From contig JBAVOR010000009.1 of NCBI GenBank assembly GCA_049692255.1, forward strand, positions 16,457 through 80,456: a stretch of DNA of 64,000 nucleotides, given 5' to 3'. The notes beneath the pieces were generated by a model. It was not told the origin of the DNA and searched no databases. It saw nothing but the letters and a program-made list of their open reading frames with translations. Each line of letters starts with the position of its first letter. Positions within the stretch are counted from its first letter, which is position 1. This DNA is from Candidatus Babeliales bacterium. GTDB lineage: Bacteria; Babelota; Babeliae; Babelales; JACPOV01. Below are positions 1 through 9,248 of this stretch, piece by piece. The position numbers and the translations under genes were made by a program.

Positions 1-145
1 CTTGTTGCTCAGTTTCTGGAGTGTCAATTACCACTGCCTCTACTTGGTCTGTCATAGCAACAATATCAGCTGCTTCAGCCATCAGTTGCGTAGAATTTAA
101 TACAATTATTCCTGAAATAAAAATCGATGCGATTAGTTTATTCAT
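1..145 (-). CDS. Partial CDS (5' end only; continues beyond the window start): small exported protein, function unknown
   Basis: A reverse-strand ATG at 143-145 opens a frame reading MNKLIASIFISGIIVLNSTQLMAEAADIVAMTDQVEAVVIDTPETEQQ. It has a signal-peptide-like hydrophobic N-terminus and the frame stays open to position 1. An AAGG SD-like sequence lies upstream. It is truncated, so it is absent from the ORF track. Confidence 0.35.
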   Translation of the reverse strand, partial: MNKLIASIFISGIIVLNSTQLMAEAADIVAMTDQVEAVVIDTPETEQQ

Positions 146-230
146 GTGAAACCTTATGATGAATTAAAAATACAACTAGTCTGTATTGTATACAGTATCA
201 CTATGTTTGGCAAAAATAAGATGTTTGTTA

Positions 231-632
231 TTATTTTTGTAGAGAAGTTAATTTTTTTACTATCGGTTTATCCTGCTCCAGGATATCAAAAGAAGCGAGA
301 GAAAGTATGGGCACCCATTGCGTTTGTAAATGCTCATGCAACACTATTTCACCAATGAATAGCGGCACCCAGTACGCCCGCATTTCGTATGCGTTTCCTT
401 CGTAGGTAAAAAAACTTGAACATACATAGTCGCCAACCGTGGCGCGGATACCAAACTCTTCAAATAACTCCCGTTGCAAACATGCTTGCTCCGTTTCTCC
501 TACTTCTAATTTGCCGCCAGGAAATTCCCATTTGCCGCGCATCGATTCTGGTCTACTACGTTGTGCTATGAGCACCGCATCATTATTGGTCATGATTGCT
601 GCGATCACTATTTTGGTGTTAGTGTTCTGCAC
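231..632 (-). CDS. Nudix hydrolase, MutT/NudG-like (8-oxo-dGTP or CTP pyrophosphohydrolase type)
   Basis: 133 aa. It carries the canonical Nudix box GX5EX7REUXEEXGU as GGKLEVGETEQACLQRELFEEFGI. Size and layout are typical of MutT. Confidence 0.85.
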   Translation of the reverse strand: MQNTNTKIVIAAIMTNNDAVLIAQRSRPESMRGKWEFPGGKLEVGETEQACLQRELFEEFGIRATVGDYVCSSFFTYEGNAYEMRAYWVPLFIGEIVLHEHLQTQWVPILSLASFDILEQDKPIVKKLTSLQK

Positions 633-743
633 TTATATGTACCTGCCTTACCTTATTATTTTCAATCGTCGACAATCTGTCGGCAGTTCGCACTCTGAAT
701 TTCAGTTGCCGACAGATTATCGACAGCTCAAGTTCTATTATTT

Positions 744-1208
744 TTAATTCGCAATATCAACCTTAGTATTCAAGGCGCTTTTACAACAGTTTTTACACAA
801 CTTATCTTTACGAACCATCACATACTTATCGCGATTGTCTTTACTCCAGCGAGTATTTTTCATATTCTCTTTTTTATTTATCCAACGACAATTGCTCAGC
901 TCATAATCTCCATCAGGATCAATTCTATCAACTTCAGCTCCCTTAAACGGTACATCTCCTAAATCAGCGAAATAATTTTCAAACCTATGCCATCGCTCAC
1001 AAACCTTTATTCCTCTTCCACCATATTGAAAATATCGAGAATCATTTACATCATTACATCTACGCAACATCAGATACCATCGATTGTAAATAGATGTACT
1101 AGACATTCCCAGTGTCCCTTTACTGCTTGTTCTTCTTATAACGTCACAAAGGCGACAAAATTTCGCATTACGGGACATAGGATTTCCACATTTGCAAATC
1201 ACTCTCAA
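744..1208 (-). CDS. Phage-type HNH endonuclease-like protein
   Basis: 154 aa. The core is SIYNRWYLMLRRC...YFQYGGRGIKVCERWHRFENYFADLG...VDRIDPDGDYELSNCRWINKKENMKN. This matches the pattern (Y..W..M..RC ... YGGRGI.VC.RW..F.NF..DMG ... DRID..G.YEP.NCRW....Q..N) that I know from phage and mobile-element proteins usually annotated HNH endonuclease. There is an N-terminal Cys pair/ribbon (CKCG...CRLC). Confidence 0.6.
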   Translation of the reverse strand: MRVICKCGNPMSRNAKFCRLCDVIRRTSSKGTLGMSSTSIYNRWYLMLRRCNDVNDSRYFQYGGRGIKVCERWHRFENYFADLGDVPFKGAEVDRIDPDGDYELSNCRWINKKENMKNTRWSKDNRDKYVMVRKDKLCKNCCKSALNTKVDIAN

Positions 1209-1297
1209 AACCCCATTAGAATTAACAAGACAAATATAAAAATCGATATCTTTGTTATTTCTTGCATGAAATACCCCTAAGACAATGTGGATAAAAA

Positions 1298-1861
1298 TTA
1301 TAGAATTAGTATACCATAGTAGCGATCAGATCGCACATATCTTTTTTCTACAATACCCTGCGAATATTGTTTTTGTGATACTTCTTGCATGCTATCAAAA
1401 CAATTTTTAGGCAGCGCAATTCCTTCATGCAACATCTTAGGTATTACCGTAATAATGCATTCGTCAATAAGATCATATGCTTTAAACGAAGCGACAAGTT
1501 CTGCCCCACCCAACAGCCATACTCGTTCGATACGGGTATTTTTACCAATGATTGCAAGAAACTCTTCTATGCTGGAAACAAAAGTAACGTCAGAGCGATC
1601 TGTCTGCATAGGTTCACGAGTAAATACATACATATGCTTACCGTCATATGGCAAATCAGGTACTAGACCAGATTCAACGAATGAGATAGTTTGTAAAAAC
1701 GTGCGACTCCCTTGCGCAATAACATCTATTGATGCCAAGAACTTTTCAAAGCCAAAATCTTCACCCTCTGGCGCTTCTTGAGGCAGCCAGTCAACGCTTC
1801 CATTTTTATCAGCAATAAAACCATCTTGACTGATTGCTATGTAAAGAACTATGTGCGCCAT
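1298..1861 (-). CDS. Dihydrofolate reductase family protein (RibD C-terminal domain type)
   Basis: MAHIVLYIAISQDGFIADKNGSVDWL...QGSRTF...VWLLGGAELVASF...LIDECIITVIPKMLHEGIAL fits the RibD_C/DHFR-like fold pattern. I trimmed the start to the Met at 1861, which has an AAAGGGA SD upstream; the track ORF begins at 1903. Confidence 0.7.
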   Translation of the reverse strand: MAHIVLYIAISQDGFIADKNGSVDWLPQEAPEGEDFGFEKFLASIDVIAQGSRTFLQTISFVESGLVPDLPYDGKHMYVFTREPMQTDRSDVTFVSSIEEFLAIIGKNTRIERVWLLGGAELVASFKAYDLIDECIITVIPKMLHEGIALPKNCFDSMQEVSQKQYSQGIVEKRYVRSDRYYGILIL

Positions 1862-1920
1862 AGATAATCCCTTTGCTCTAACACCCTTTGTATTATTGGT
1901 CATTAACGATTTGATATTAT

Positions 1921-2568
1921 TTAATCCCCAAAATACAGAAATGCCTCTAATTTTTCCCTGATTGTGTCTATATTTTTGTTCATTTCATCTTTACCAGTAG
2001 TACTAGCGCTGGATAAAAAGGTGGAGGCATTCGTTATTTGTTCTGTAGTAGAGTTAATAAAATTTTTTATCGTTAAGTTATATCTGATCTCTTTGATGAA
2101 ATTTTCCCATAACACAATCTGCTCTGGTATGTCTCTATTAATCGTTTTACTAATAATCTTCAAGCTTCCAAGACCCTTGAGTAATCCGGACAACCTTTTG
2201 TAATAATTGCCTAATTCCATAGGGTCATTTTGCATCGACTGAAAAAACAATTCTTTCTTATCAATAGCAAGCTCATCAATCTTCTGAACATTCGTCACAG
2301 AATCTTTACTATATACTTGGAAGACATTGCTCAATAAGCCGTTAAATATCTCCGAATAATCATTGAGTATTATTAGTATTTCTTCTGCCTTTTTATTTTT
2401 AGCTTCTAACTGCTTTTGACGTTTCCACAGGAATATTGATCTAGCACCAAAAATGGCAACAAATGATAGAACAAGAGTTCCTATACCACCTAAAAATGTC
2501 CCCATATTACTTGCCCGTGAAGAACCCAACCAATTGATCAACTTCAAAATAACTTCTATCAGTTTCAT
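1921..2568 (-). CDS. Hypothetical membrane-anchored, helix-rich protein
   Basis: 215-aa ORF with one N-terminal TM segment (GTFLGGIGTLVLSFVAIFGARSIFLW), followed by K/E/N-rich helical sequence. It looks visibly AT-rich and I recognise no family. Confidence 0.4.
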   Translation of the reverse strand: MKLIEVILKLINWLGSSRASNMGTFLGGIGTLVLSFVAIFGARSIFLWKRQKQLEAKNKKAEEILIILNDYSEIFNGLLSNVFQVYSKDSVTNVQKIDELAIDKKELFFQSMQNDPMELGNYYKRLSGLLKGLGSLKIISKTINRDIPEQIVLWENFIKEIRYNLTIKNFINSTTEQITNASTFLSSASTTGKDEMNKNIDTIREKLEAFLYFGD

Positions 2569-2752
2569 ATTATTAATTCATTTTATATTATATAGGCCAT
2601 CTCGTGCTAATATTACAACTTAAACTATGCCAGCACGCTATCGACTAAGTGTAACAGAAGACAGACGCCTTGCTAAATAATCTGATTTACGGTACTTTTT
2701 TAACTGTATTGTATGAACAATAGCCTACAATCAATTTCTTATGACATTTCCC

Positions 2753-2829
2753 GTGCCCGTAGCTCAGTAGGATAGAGCAACGGATTTCTAATCCGTAGGT
2801 CGCTGGTTCGAATCCAGCCGGGCACACCA
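2753..2829 (+). tRNA. tRNA-Arg (anticodon TCT), CCA encoded
   Basis: Cloverleaf by hand. Acceptor GTGCCCG/CGGGCAC, D arm GCTC-AGTAGGATA-GAGC, anticodon arm ACGGA-TTTCTAA-TCCGT (anticodon TCT), variable loop AGGTC, T arm GCTGG-TTCGAAT-CCAGC, discriminator A, then CCA. Confidence 0.92.
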
Positions 2830-2889
2830 TACTTCGCTCGTTACACGAGTTTCGTATGCACGAGCCAGTAAAAAAAATCAAAAGGCGGC

Positions 2890-3387
2890 ATGAGTTATAA
2901 AACAAACCTTACAGGCCAGAATGTAGCATCTTTTTATTGCCTTATCGGTGAAGCAATATGGATGATTCAACATCTAGAAGAGGCTCTCAGTCATTCAATC
3001 ACCATTAAGAATGATGTTAAATATCCTCGTAGAATCTCCGAGGAAGAAGCAAAAGGTTCTTTGGAACGATATCGCTCACTTTCACTTGACAATGCCATTA
3101 ACTTTGCAAATAACAATAACCTATACTCTGACATTTTATATAATGATTTAGCGGTTTTCAAAAAAGAACGTGATTGGTTGGTTCACAAGCTCTTACGCAA
3201 TAACTTTGAGGATATGCATGCCGCACCAACGAGAAACAGGTTATTTCATAGAATTAAAGCCATTTCGAACAAGGCAAATATGCTTCAAAAAGCCATAGAG
3301 GTTGATTTGATACAGTTTTCTGAGGCCGTAGGCATGAACTTGCCTACGGTGCATGCCGCGACCAGGCAGTATTTCCATGAAGACTGA
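2890..3387 (+). CDS. Hypothetical all-alpha protein with a possible HEPN-like Rx4H motif
   Basis: 165-aa ORF with an AAAGG SD. Helical composition, with the motif KKERDWLVHKLL (R-x4-H) in the C-terminal half, as in HEPN RNase domains. The assignment is speculative. Confidence 0.4.
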   Translation: MSYKTNLTGQNVASFYCLIGEAIWMIQHLEEALSHSITIKNDVKYPRRISEEEAKGSLERYRSLSLDNAINFANNNNLYSDILYNDLAVFKKERDWLVHKLLRNNFEDMHAAPTRNRLFHRIKAISNKANMLQKAIEVDLIQFSEAVGMNLPTVHAATRQYFHED

Positions 3388-3525
3388 AAGCGGAAACTAA
3401 AAAATCGATTAAGTACCGTTTCCCCCACTATCTCTTTAAAGAGGACTCGTGCACAATTTTTGCGAGTGTTTTAAGGGTTGGACTACCACCTTTTGACAGA
3501 GATACTTGAATAATCTTTATGAACT

Positions 3526-3568
3526 AAAAAAGCAGAGCGACATGCTGTACACGCCGCTCTGCTTTTAG
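3526..3568. terminator. Bidirectional intrinsic terminator between convergent genes
   Basis: AAAAA-AGCAGAGCG(3531-3539)-15 nt loop-CGCTCTGCT(3555-3563)-TTTT. This is a 9-bp GC-rich stem flanked by an A-run and a T-run. It lies between the 3' ends of 2890..3387(+) and 3615..5372(-). Confidence 0.5.
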
Positions 3569-3614
3569 AATTATTGGTGGAATTTTTTTTGTGAATCTAT
3601 AATTCTTTTTTTAC

Positions 3615-5372
3615 TTATAAACCGAATGCTACTCCCAAACTATTCAATGCTTCTTGAACTAACGCTTGTGCATTGCCGCTTAATGATCCGGTTTTAGAAC
3701 CTACAGGGCCGGTACCACTGTTAGTACCTTGAACGACCCATTGCGAACCAGAGAAGATGACGACTGTAACGCCATTATCTACACCGCCAGTTGTTCCACT
3801 GCTCGGGATACCAAGCATGCTGGCTGCAGCAGTGGAAGCTTCGCCGAGTTCACGTGAATCGTTGTCAGATGTAGTTTGACTATTCCCGGTCTGTGTATCA
3901 CCGAATATCGCGCCGATGACCTTACCGTTGTAGAAAATTAAAGCGAACTGAAGACCAGTGATATTGTGTTCGCGATAGTAGAAATGTTTGCATGGAGATG
4001 TCTTGTCCCAACAGTCTGCACCCAATACGTAGTAAGGAACATGGTGTGCTGCCAACTGAGCACCGCTGCTGTCTTGCCATGCAGTCTCATTTTGATGGTC
4101 AGGATCTGGATCTGGATCGCTGCCGTCGTCGTCGATGGCCATGCTCGAAGTGTACGCGAAAACGCCAGGGGCTACTTGATACACATTCACATTCATCGCT
4201 CGAGTCATTGTATTGATATGAGGCAGTGTGTTGACTTGAACAGCTGCTGTCATATTCGCTTGCACTCCGGCGATGATTTGTGCAGCAGTGTAATTTGTGG
4301 TGGAAGCTAAAGTCGTGACCGACAGTGCAGGACTGTGTGCCGAAGAACCAGCAGCATCAGTTGCAGCAACGGTAAACGAATAAGCAGTATCTGGCGATAA
4401 GCCGCTAATCACGGCAGTGGTGGTAGCAACTGTTGCTGCTAACGTGCTGCCATTGTAAACAGTATAAGTAACCGAACAGTTCGCCGGAGGAGTCACTGCA
4501 TTCCAAGACAGATTTACACTGGTGCTTGTCTGACTTGGTGAAGAAAGCCCTGTCGGTACCGCAGGAGGAGTAGTGCAAGTTGTTGTTGTAGAAGCAGCAA
4601 AAGTGGCGCTAATGGAATGGTTGGCCTGCACATTCGAGAAGCTGTAAGTACCAATAGCCCCTACAACTGCGCCATCAACAGTCACGCTGTCAATCACATA
4701 ACCAGTAGCTGGAGTGATAGTGAATGATTGATTAGCTCCTTGCGCCACAGAAACAGTACCTGTGGGAGCAATAGAGCCGTTAGTCATGGCAGTTGCAGTG
4801 ATGGTAAAAGAAGTGACAGTGCCGCTACTGCTTCCCGTTACTTGAATCTCTTTTACAATCCAGTGATAAGAAGTGTCAGTTGTGCGAACTTGTCCAACTA
4901 CGCGTGCCCCTTTAATGCCACTGACTGCGCTTCCAGAAAATGTGTACGTATTACCGCTCGCATGCGAAGAATATGGATAAGCAGGATTGATAGTCCAACC
5001 GGAGTTTTTCCAAGTAGTACCATCAGTTGAAAATTGGAGCGCACAATTAGCAGTTAAAAAACCATCACCATCTTTTGTTACCGTGCCGTTAATAAAATCA
5101 ACAGCGGTGATGCTCACCGCATTCGCCCAGATAATCCCGGCCGCTTCCCAAGCATTGGGCTTCTCTCCATCAGGTTGTATATCAATATCTTTCGACAAAT
5201 TGTTATCATTGAGTCCTGGTTGAGCAACTCGATTATTGTTTGCAGTTGAAGAGGTCATTTTTGACCAGCTATAGGCAGTACCACTCGGCGCAATGTTGCT
5301 CGCCTGCAACATACAATGCCCGGTAGCAATAACAGACCATAACAAAATAGATTTAACACTCTTACAATACAT
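3615..5372 (-). CDS. Secreted multidomain protein: putative carbohydrate-binding domain, Ig-like repeat, FN3 domain and C-terminal GH75-like (chitosanase-type) domain
   Basis: 585 aa with a signal peptide (ILLWSVIATGHCMLQA). The FN3-like segment is PPAVPTGLSSPSQTSTSVNLSWNAV...YTVYNGSTL...GLSPDTAYSFTVAATDAAG. The C-terminal part (MAIDDDGSDPDPD...VPYYVLG...ALIFYNGKVIGAIFGDTQ...ELGEASTAAASMLGI) resembles the GH75 pattern (DxDCDG ... YVV ... nGk.vyAi.GD.gP...iGEaSi.lA..LG). Confidence 0.55.
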   Translation of the reverse strand: MYCKSVKSILLWSVIATGHCMLQASNIAPSGTAYSWSKMTSSTANNNRVAQPGLNDNNLSKDIDIQPDGEKPNAWEAAGIIWANAVSITAVDFINGTVTKDGDGFLTANCALQFSTDGTTWKNSGWTINPAYPYSSHASGNTYTFSGSAVSGIKGARVVGQVRTTDTSYHWIVKEIQVTGSSSGTVTSFTITATAMTNGSIAPTGTVSVAQGANQSFTITPATGYVIDSVTVDGAVVGAIGTYSFSNVQANHSISATFAASTTTTCTTPPAVPTGLSSPSQTSTSVNLSWNAVTPPANCSVTYTVYNGSTLAATVATTTAVISGLSPDTAYSFTVAATDAAGSSAHSPALSVTTLASTTNYTAAQIIAGVQANMTAAVQVNTLPHINTMTRAMNVNVYQVAPGVFAYTSSMAIDDDGSDPDPDPDHQNETAWQDSSGAQLAAHHVPYYVLGADCWDKTSPCKHFYYREHNITGLQFALIFYNGKVIGAIFGDTQTGNSQTTSDNDSRELGEASTAAASMLGIPSSGTTGGVDNGVTVVIFSGSQWVVQGTNSGTGPVGSKTGSLSGNAQALVQEALNSLGVAFGL

Positions 5373-5691
5373 AGCACTCCTTCATTAATGGTTTTTTGGA
5401 TTCTTCTTCGTTTTTTTGAGTTATAAAATGATTAGTAAAAAAAGTAAAGGGGGGTAAAAGTTATCTTAAAAAACAGTCCCCAGAATATACATTTTTGATG
5501 GCGTCGAAGCTTTGGCAAAGTCTTGCATAACGATGCCCTTCATTTGCAAAAGGGGGCATGTCAAAATCATTGCATTGAGCTATCAAAAAATAGTAGCATT
5601 GAGAAAAGTATTATATAGAAGCTTGTTGCGCCCAACTACTCTATGTGATTGAAGCGCATCGCAATTATATATAAAAAATGGGGGTATTTAC

Positions 5692-6294
5692 GTGAAAATA
5701 AAATCAGTTATTTTTGTGTTCATTTTTGCATGGACCGCTCGAACGCAGTGCTTACTGACAGAAAAACTAGCCGCGGCTAGAAACGAAATCACTACGATAA
5801 AAGAGTCAGTTAAATTGGATACGCTTGAGGCAAAACATTGCAAAAGATACCAATGCGCGATAAGTGATCATAAAAAGCGGAAAACAAAATTAACCAAAGA
5901 ACAGGTAATTACCAAGGTTATGAACTATCCTATGACCGATGTAATCAAAAGATGTCAAAAAGATTTTGGCTATACCGCTGCTGATATGAAAATTTTAGAA
6001 CAAGAACTTAAGCGCTATTTTATACTTACTATCCTTTTTCCTCGTTGTAACGTTAATATGTATAGCGAAGATGTTGATAAGCTATGGCATAGTTTTATTC
6101 TATTCACCAAAGATTATTCTTTGTTTTGCAAAACCTGTAGCGGTTCTTTTCTCCATCATGCCCCAGAAACGGATACGGTTGTAACCCCTGCGCAATCAAC
6201 TCAGAATTATGAAGATTTACAACGATTTGTAAAAACGTATGAAGAGATTTTTAAAGAAAATACTCATCCAATTTGGTTTTTAGATATGTGCTAA
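5692..6294 (+). CDS. Hypothetical exported protein with a WH...FC...HH motif
   Basis: 200 aa. GTG start with a GGGGG SD, and a signal-like N-terminus. The conserved-looking block is VDKLWHSFILFTKDYSLFCKTCSGSFLHHAPE. I am uncertain of the family; it is reminiscent of GRDP/DUF1399-type WH..H motifs. Confidence 0.45.
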   Translation: MKIKSVIFVFIFAWTARTQCLLTEKLAAARNEITTIKESVKLDTLEAKHCKRYQCAISDHKKRKTKLTKEQVITKVMNYPMTDVIKRCQKDFGYTAADMKILEQELKRYFILTILFPRCNVNMYSEDVDKLWHSFILFTKDYSLFCKTCSGSFLHHAPETDTVVTPAQSTQNYEDLQRFVKTYEEIFKENTHPIWFLDMC

Positions 6295-6371
6295 GAATGA
6301 ATAGAAGAATAGTATTTTATGTTTATACTATTCACTAGTTATTCTATTTTTATGTACTATATGAGTTATTA

Positions 6372-6995
6372 ATGAAAAAATTGATCAGCGGTTTGCACAA
6401 ATTTCAGACCGAAGTGTTCCCGATTCAAAAAGATTTCTTTCAAAAATTAGCCAAAGGCCAAGAACCGGAGATTTTATTTATCACCTGTTCAGATTCACGT
6501 ATAAATCCTTCGTTAGTAACGTCAGCTGACCCGGGCGATCTTTTTATCGTACGTAATGCCGGTAATATTATTCCCGCTTATGAAGTGCGTAGTGGCGAGG
6601 CTGCCACTATTGAGTTTGCTATCAATCATTTAAAAGTACAGCACCTTATCATCTGTGGGCATTCCCACTGTGGTGCAATTGAAGCTGCCGTGCATCTTGA
6701 TACGCTCAACAATGAGCCTCAATTGCATGCATGGATCGATGAAAATATTTCTCCAACTCTTGCGCTCCTGCACAAAAACTATCCGACAATAACAGACAAA
6801 GTATCTTTGGGTGATATTCTTTTACAAGAACATGTTCTACAACAGATTGAAAATGTAAAAACGCACCCTACTGTAATCCATGCCATAGCACAAGGTACTT
6901 TAACATTGCATGCCTGGGTGTATCGTTTTGAAGAAGGAAACATTTATTCATTTAACCAAAATAATGGGCAATTCGAACTAATCAAACATCTTTAA
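6372..6995 (+). CDS. can: Beta-class carbonic anhydrase
   Basis: 207 aa. The zinc-ligand and catalytic motifs CSDSR...(D)...RNAGN...GHSHCGA are all present (ITCSDSRINPS, FIVRNAGNIIP, ICGHSHCGAIEAA). Confidence 0.9.
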   Translation: MKKLISGLHKFQTEVFPIQKDFFQKLAKGQEPEILFITCSDSRINPSLVTSADPGDLFIVRNAGNIIPAYEVRSGEAATIEFAINHLKVQHLIICGHSHCGAIEAAVHLDTLNNEPQLHAWIDENISPTLALLHKNYPTITDKVSLGDILLQEHVLQQIENVKTHPTVIHAIAQGTLTLHAWVYRFEEGNIYSFNQNNGQFELIKHL

Positions 6996-7128
6996 TGATT
7001 GCATTGTATATTCATCATGTTTCTTTTAACCACCCATAAACAGGGACAAAGATCATATACTTGCAACTTATAAATTATCGCCTGTATATTATATAATAAG
7101 CAGGTATTTCTTAAAAAAGGGAGGTTAT

Positions 7129-7521
7129 ATGAAAAAACTGTATATTCTTTTTGTATTGATGCATTACATACCCAGCAACACATTCGCTACCATCAACATA
7201 ACAATCTCTAATAAGACGTCAGATAATATAGTTATTCACCTTGTTAGTTGGTTGGGTGGAAAGTCACAAAACGGCGCCCCAATACCATTATCACATATTT
7301 CTATACCGAGGTCATCTAGTGGTGCCTTATCATTACCCTATGCTTCTATAGGGGGGACAAAATTCTTTGGTATTGTTATCAATGGCACTGTTCAATCTGT
7401 CGGCTTTATGAAGGATGGAACCCTTATAACAACATTTTACGTAGATGCATCTCCCAAAAGCATGACTATTACCAAAAATGCTAATGGCACATTTATTGCC
7501 ACAGATATGGTAACTAATTAA
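7129..7521 (+). CDS. Small secreted hypothetical protein (beta-rich)
   Basis: 130 aa with a GGGAGG SD and a signal peptide (MKKLYILFVLMHYIPSNTFA). I recognise no family. Confidence 0.45.
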   Translation: MKKLYILFVLMHYIPSNTFATINITISNKTSDNIVIHLVSWLGGKSQNGAPIPLSHISIPRSSSGALSLPYASIGGTKFFGIVINGTVQSVGFMKDGTLITTFYVDASPKSMTITKNANGTFIATDMVTN

Positions 7522-9248
7522 TTAGATGACGACTGAGTAATATGCGAATACAACCCTGAGATTGTCTCCTGCACAGCTCCTTGATTACGCTCTAAACATG
7601 CTTGTACAAAACCTAAAAACAGCGGATTAGGATTTCCTAAGCGACTCGTAAATTCTGGATGTGCTTGAGTAGCAATAAAAAAGGGATGATGAGGCAACTC
7701 TAAGAATTCCATCAACTGGGTATTATTGCGCATACAGGTACCAGAAAAATACATACCATGCTTTTGTAACGTTTCAACGTACGCCGGGTTTACTTCGTAG
7801 CGATGGCGATGCCGTTCGGTAACGCTCTGCGCAGATACTCTGTTTGCATCATTGTAGAGTGCATACACTTTACTGTGTGGGGCTAAAACCGCCTGATATG
7901 CACCTAAACGCATGGTAGCACCATACGCTTGTTGGCGCACGATATCTTTCTGCTCTGGTAATATATCGATCAATGGTGTACGTGTCTGTTCATCAACTTC
8001 GGTAGTTTGTGCATCAGTAAGCCCACATACGTGACGCGCAAATTCTATTGCTGCTAGCTGCATACCATAACATAGCCCTAAATAAGGGATACGATTGTTG
8101 CGCACATATTCGATCGCAGCAATTTTACCTTCAACGCCCGAATTACCAAAACCTCCGGGTACAATTACTCCATCAAAGCGCGATAACTGCTGACGTGCAT
8201 CTGCATTAGATTCTAATAATTTTGCATCGATGCCTTCGATAATAATACCTGTATTGCATGCGGCACCTGCATGAATTAATGCTTGATAAATACTCACATA
8301 ACTGTCGAGCAAATGAAAGGTGCCACTGTTGAAATATTTACCCACAATAGCGATGGTAATCTTTTTTTGTGGCTTTTTAATGGTAGTGACCAGCTGTCGC
8401 CAACTGCTCCAATCAGGAGATCTGTGTGGCTGCAATGCTAACTGCTGTAATATCTTCGTGCCCATCCTTTCTGCTTCTAAATCAAGGGGCACTTGATAGA
8501 TAGAATCAACGTCCGGTGCTGAAATAATACGATCTGCTCTAATATTGGCATAGCACTCAATTTTTTGTTTCCGCAGCTCATCTAACGGATATTGCGCGCG
8601 GCAAATAATAAAATCAGGGCTAATACCTTCTTCGTTGAGCATTTTAATTGCCTGTTGTGCCGGCTTTGTTTTCATCTCTTCTATGTGTGATGCAATGGGA
8701 AGATATGCCACCAATACATGCACCATGCTGTGTTCACCTAGCTCATGCGCTAAGCTGCGCAGTGCAAATAAAAATGGTTTATTTTCGTAATCACCCACGG
8801 TGCCACCAATTTCTACGATAGCAACATCATACCCTTCAGAGGCGTATTTAATGCGCCGCACAATTTCATCAGAAATATGGGGAATGCATTGCACGGTGCG
8901 ACCCAGATATTCACCCCGCCGTTCCCGTTCAATAACTTCTTTGTATACTTGCCCCGTAGTGATATTATTTTTCTTAGGCAAATTCTCATCTAAAAATCGT
9001 TCATAGGTGCCTAAATCTTGGTCTATTTCTCCACCGTCTTCGGTCACCCATACTTCGCCATGTTCTGTTGGCCGCAATGTTCCCGCGTCGCAATTAATGT
9101 ATGGGTCTATTTTGATAAGCGTTGTGCGGTAACCATATTCTTTAATAATTTTGCCAAGTGACGCGGTAATAATACCTTTGCCCACTCCAGAAATAACGCC
9201 ACCTACTACCACAACAAACTTAGTCACTTTCAAATCTCCCATACTCAA
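7518..9248 (-). CDS. pyrG: CTP synthase
   Basis: 576 aa. The N-terminal synthetase motif is KFVVVVGGVISGVGKGI. The GATase domain has GLCYGMQL (catalytic Cys) and HRHRYEVN. The C-terminus is about 25-30 aa longer than typical PyrG. Confidence 0.95.
   Translation of the reverse strand: MSMGDLKVTKFVVVVGGVISGVGKGIITASLGKIIKEYGYRTTLIKIDPYINCDAGTLRPTEHGEVWVTEDGGEIDQDLGTYERFLDENLPKKNNITTGQVYKEVIERERRGEYLGRTVQCIPHISDEIVRRIKYASEGYDVAIVEIGGTVGDYENKPFLFALRSLAHELGEHSMVHVLVAYLPIASHIEEMKTKPAQQAIKMLNEEGISPDFIICRAQYPLDELRKQKIECYANIRADRIISAPDVDSIYQVPLDLEAERMGTKILQQLALQPHRSPDWSSWRQLVTTIKKPQKKITIAIVGKYFNSGTFHLLDSYVSIYQALIHAGAACNTGIIIEGIDAKLLESNADARQQLSRFDGVIVPGGFGNSGVEGKIAAIEYVRNNRIPYLGLCYGMQLAAIEFARHVCGLTDAQTTEVDEQTRTPLIDILPEQKDIVRQQAYGATMRLGAYQAVLAPHSKVYALYNDANRVSAQSVTERHRHRYEVNPAYVETLQKHGMYFSGTCMRNNTQLMEFLELPHHPFFIATQAHPEFTSRLGNPNPLFLGFVQACLERNQGAVQETISGLYSHITQSSSN

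Noticed and set aside
2687-2905. 72-aa minus-strand ORF from the track
   Set aside because: It runs antisense straight through tRNA-Arg (2753-2829). It has no SD and no recognisable protein features. It is an artefact of the open frame over the tRNA.
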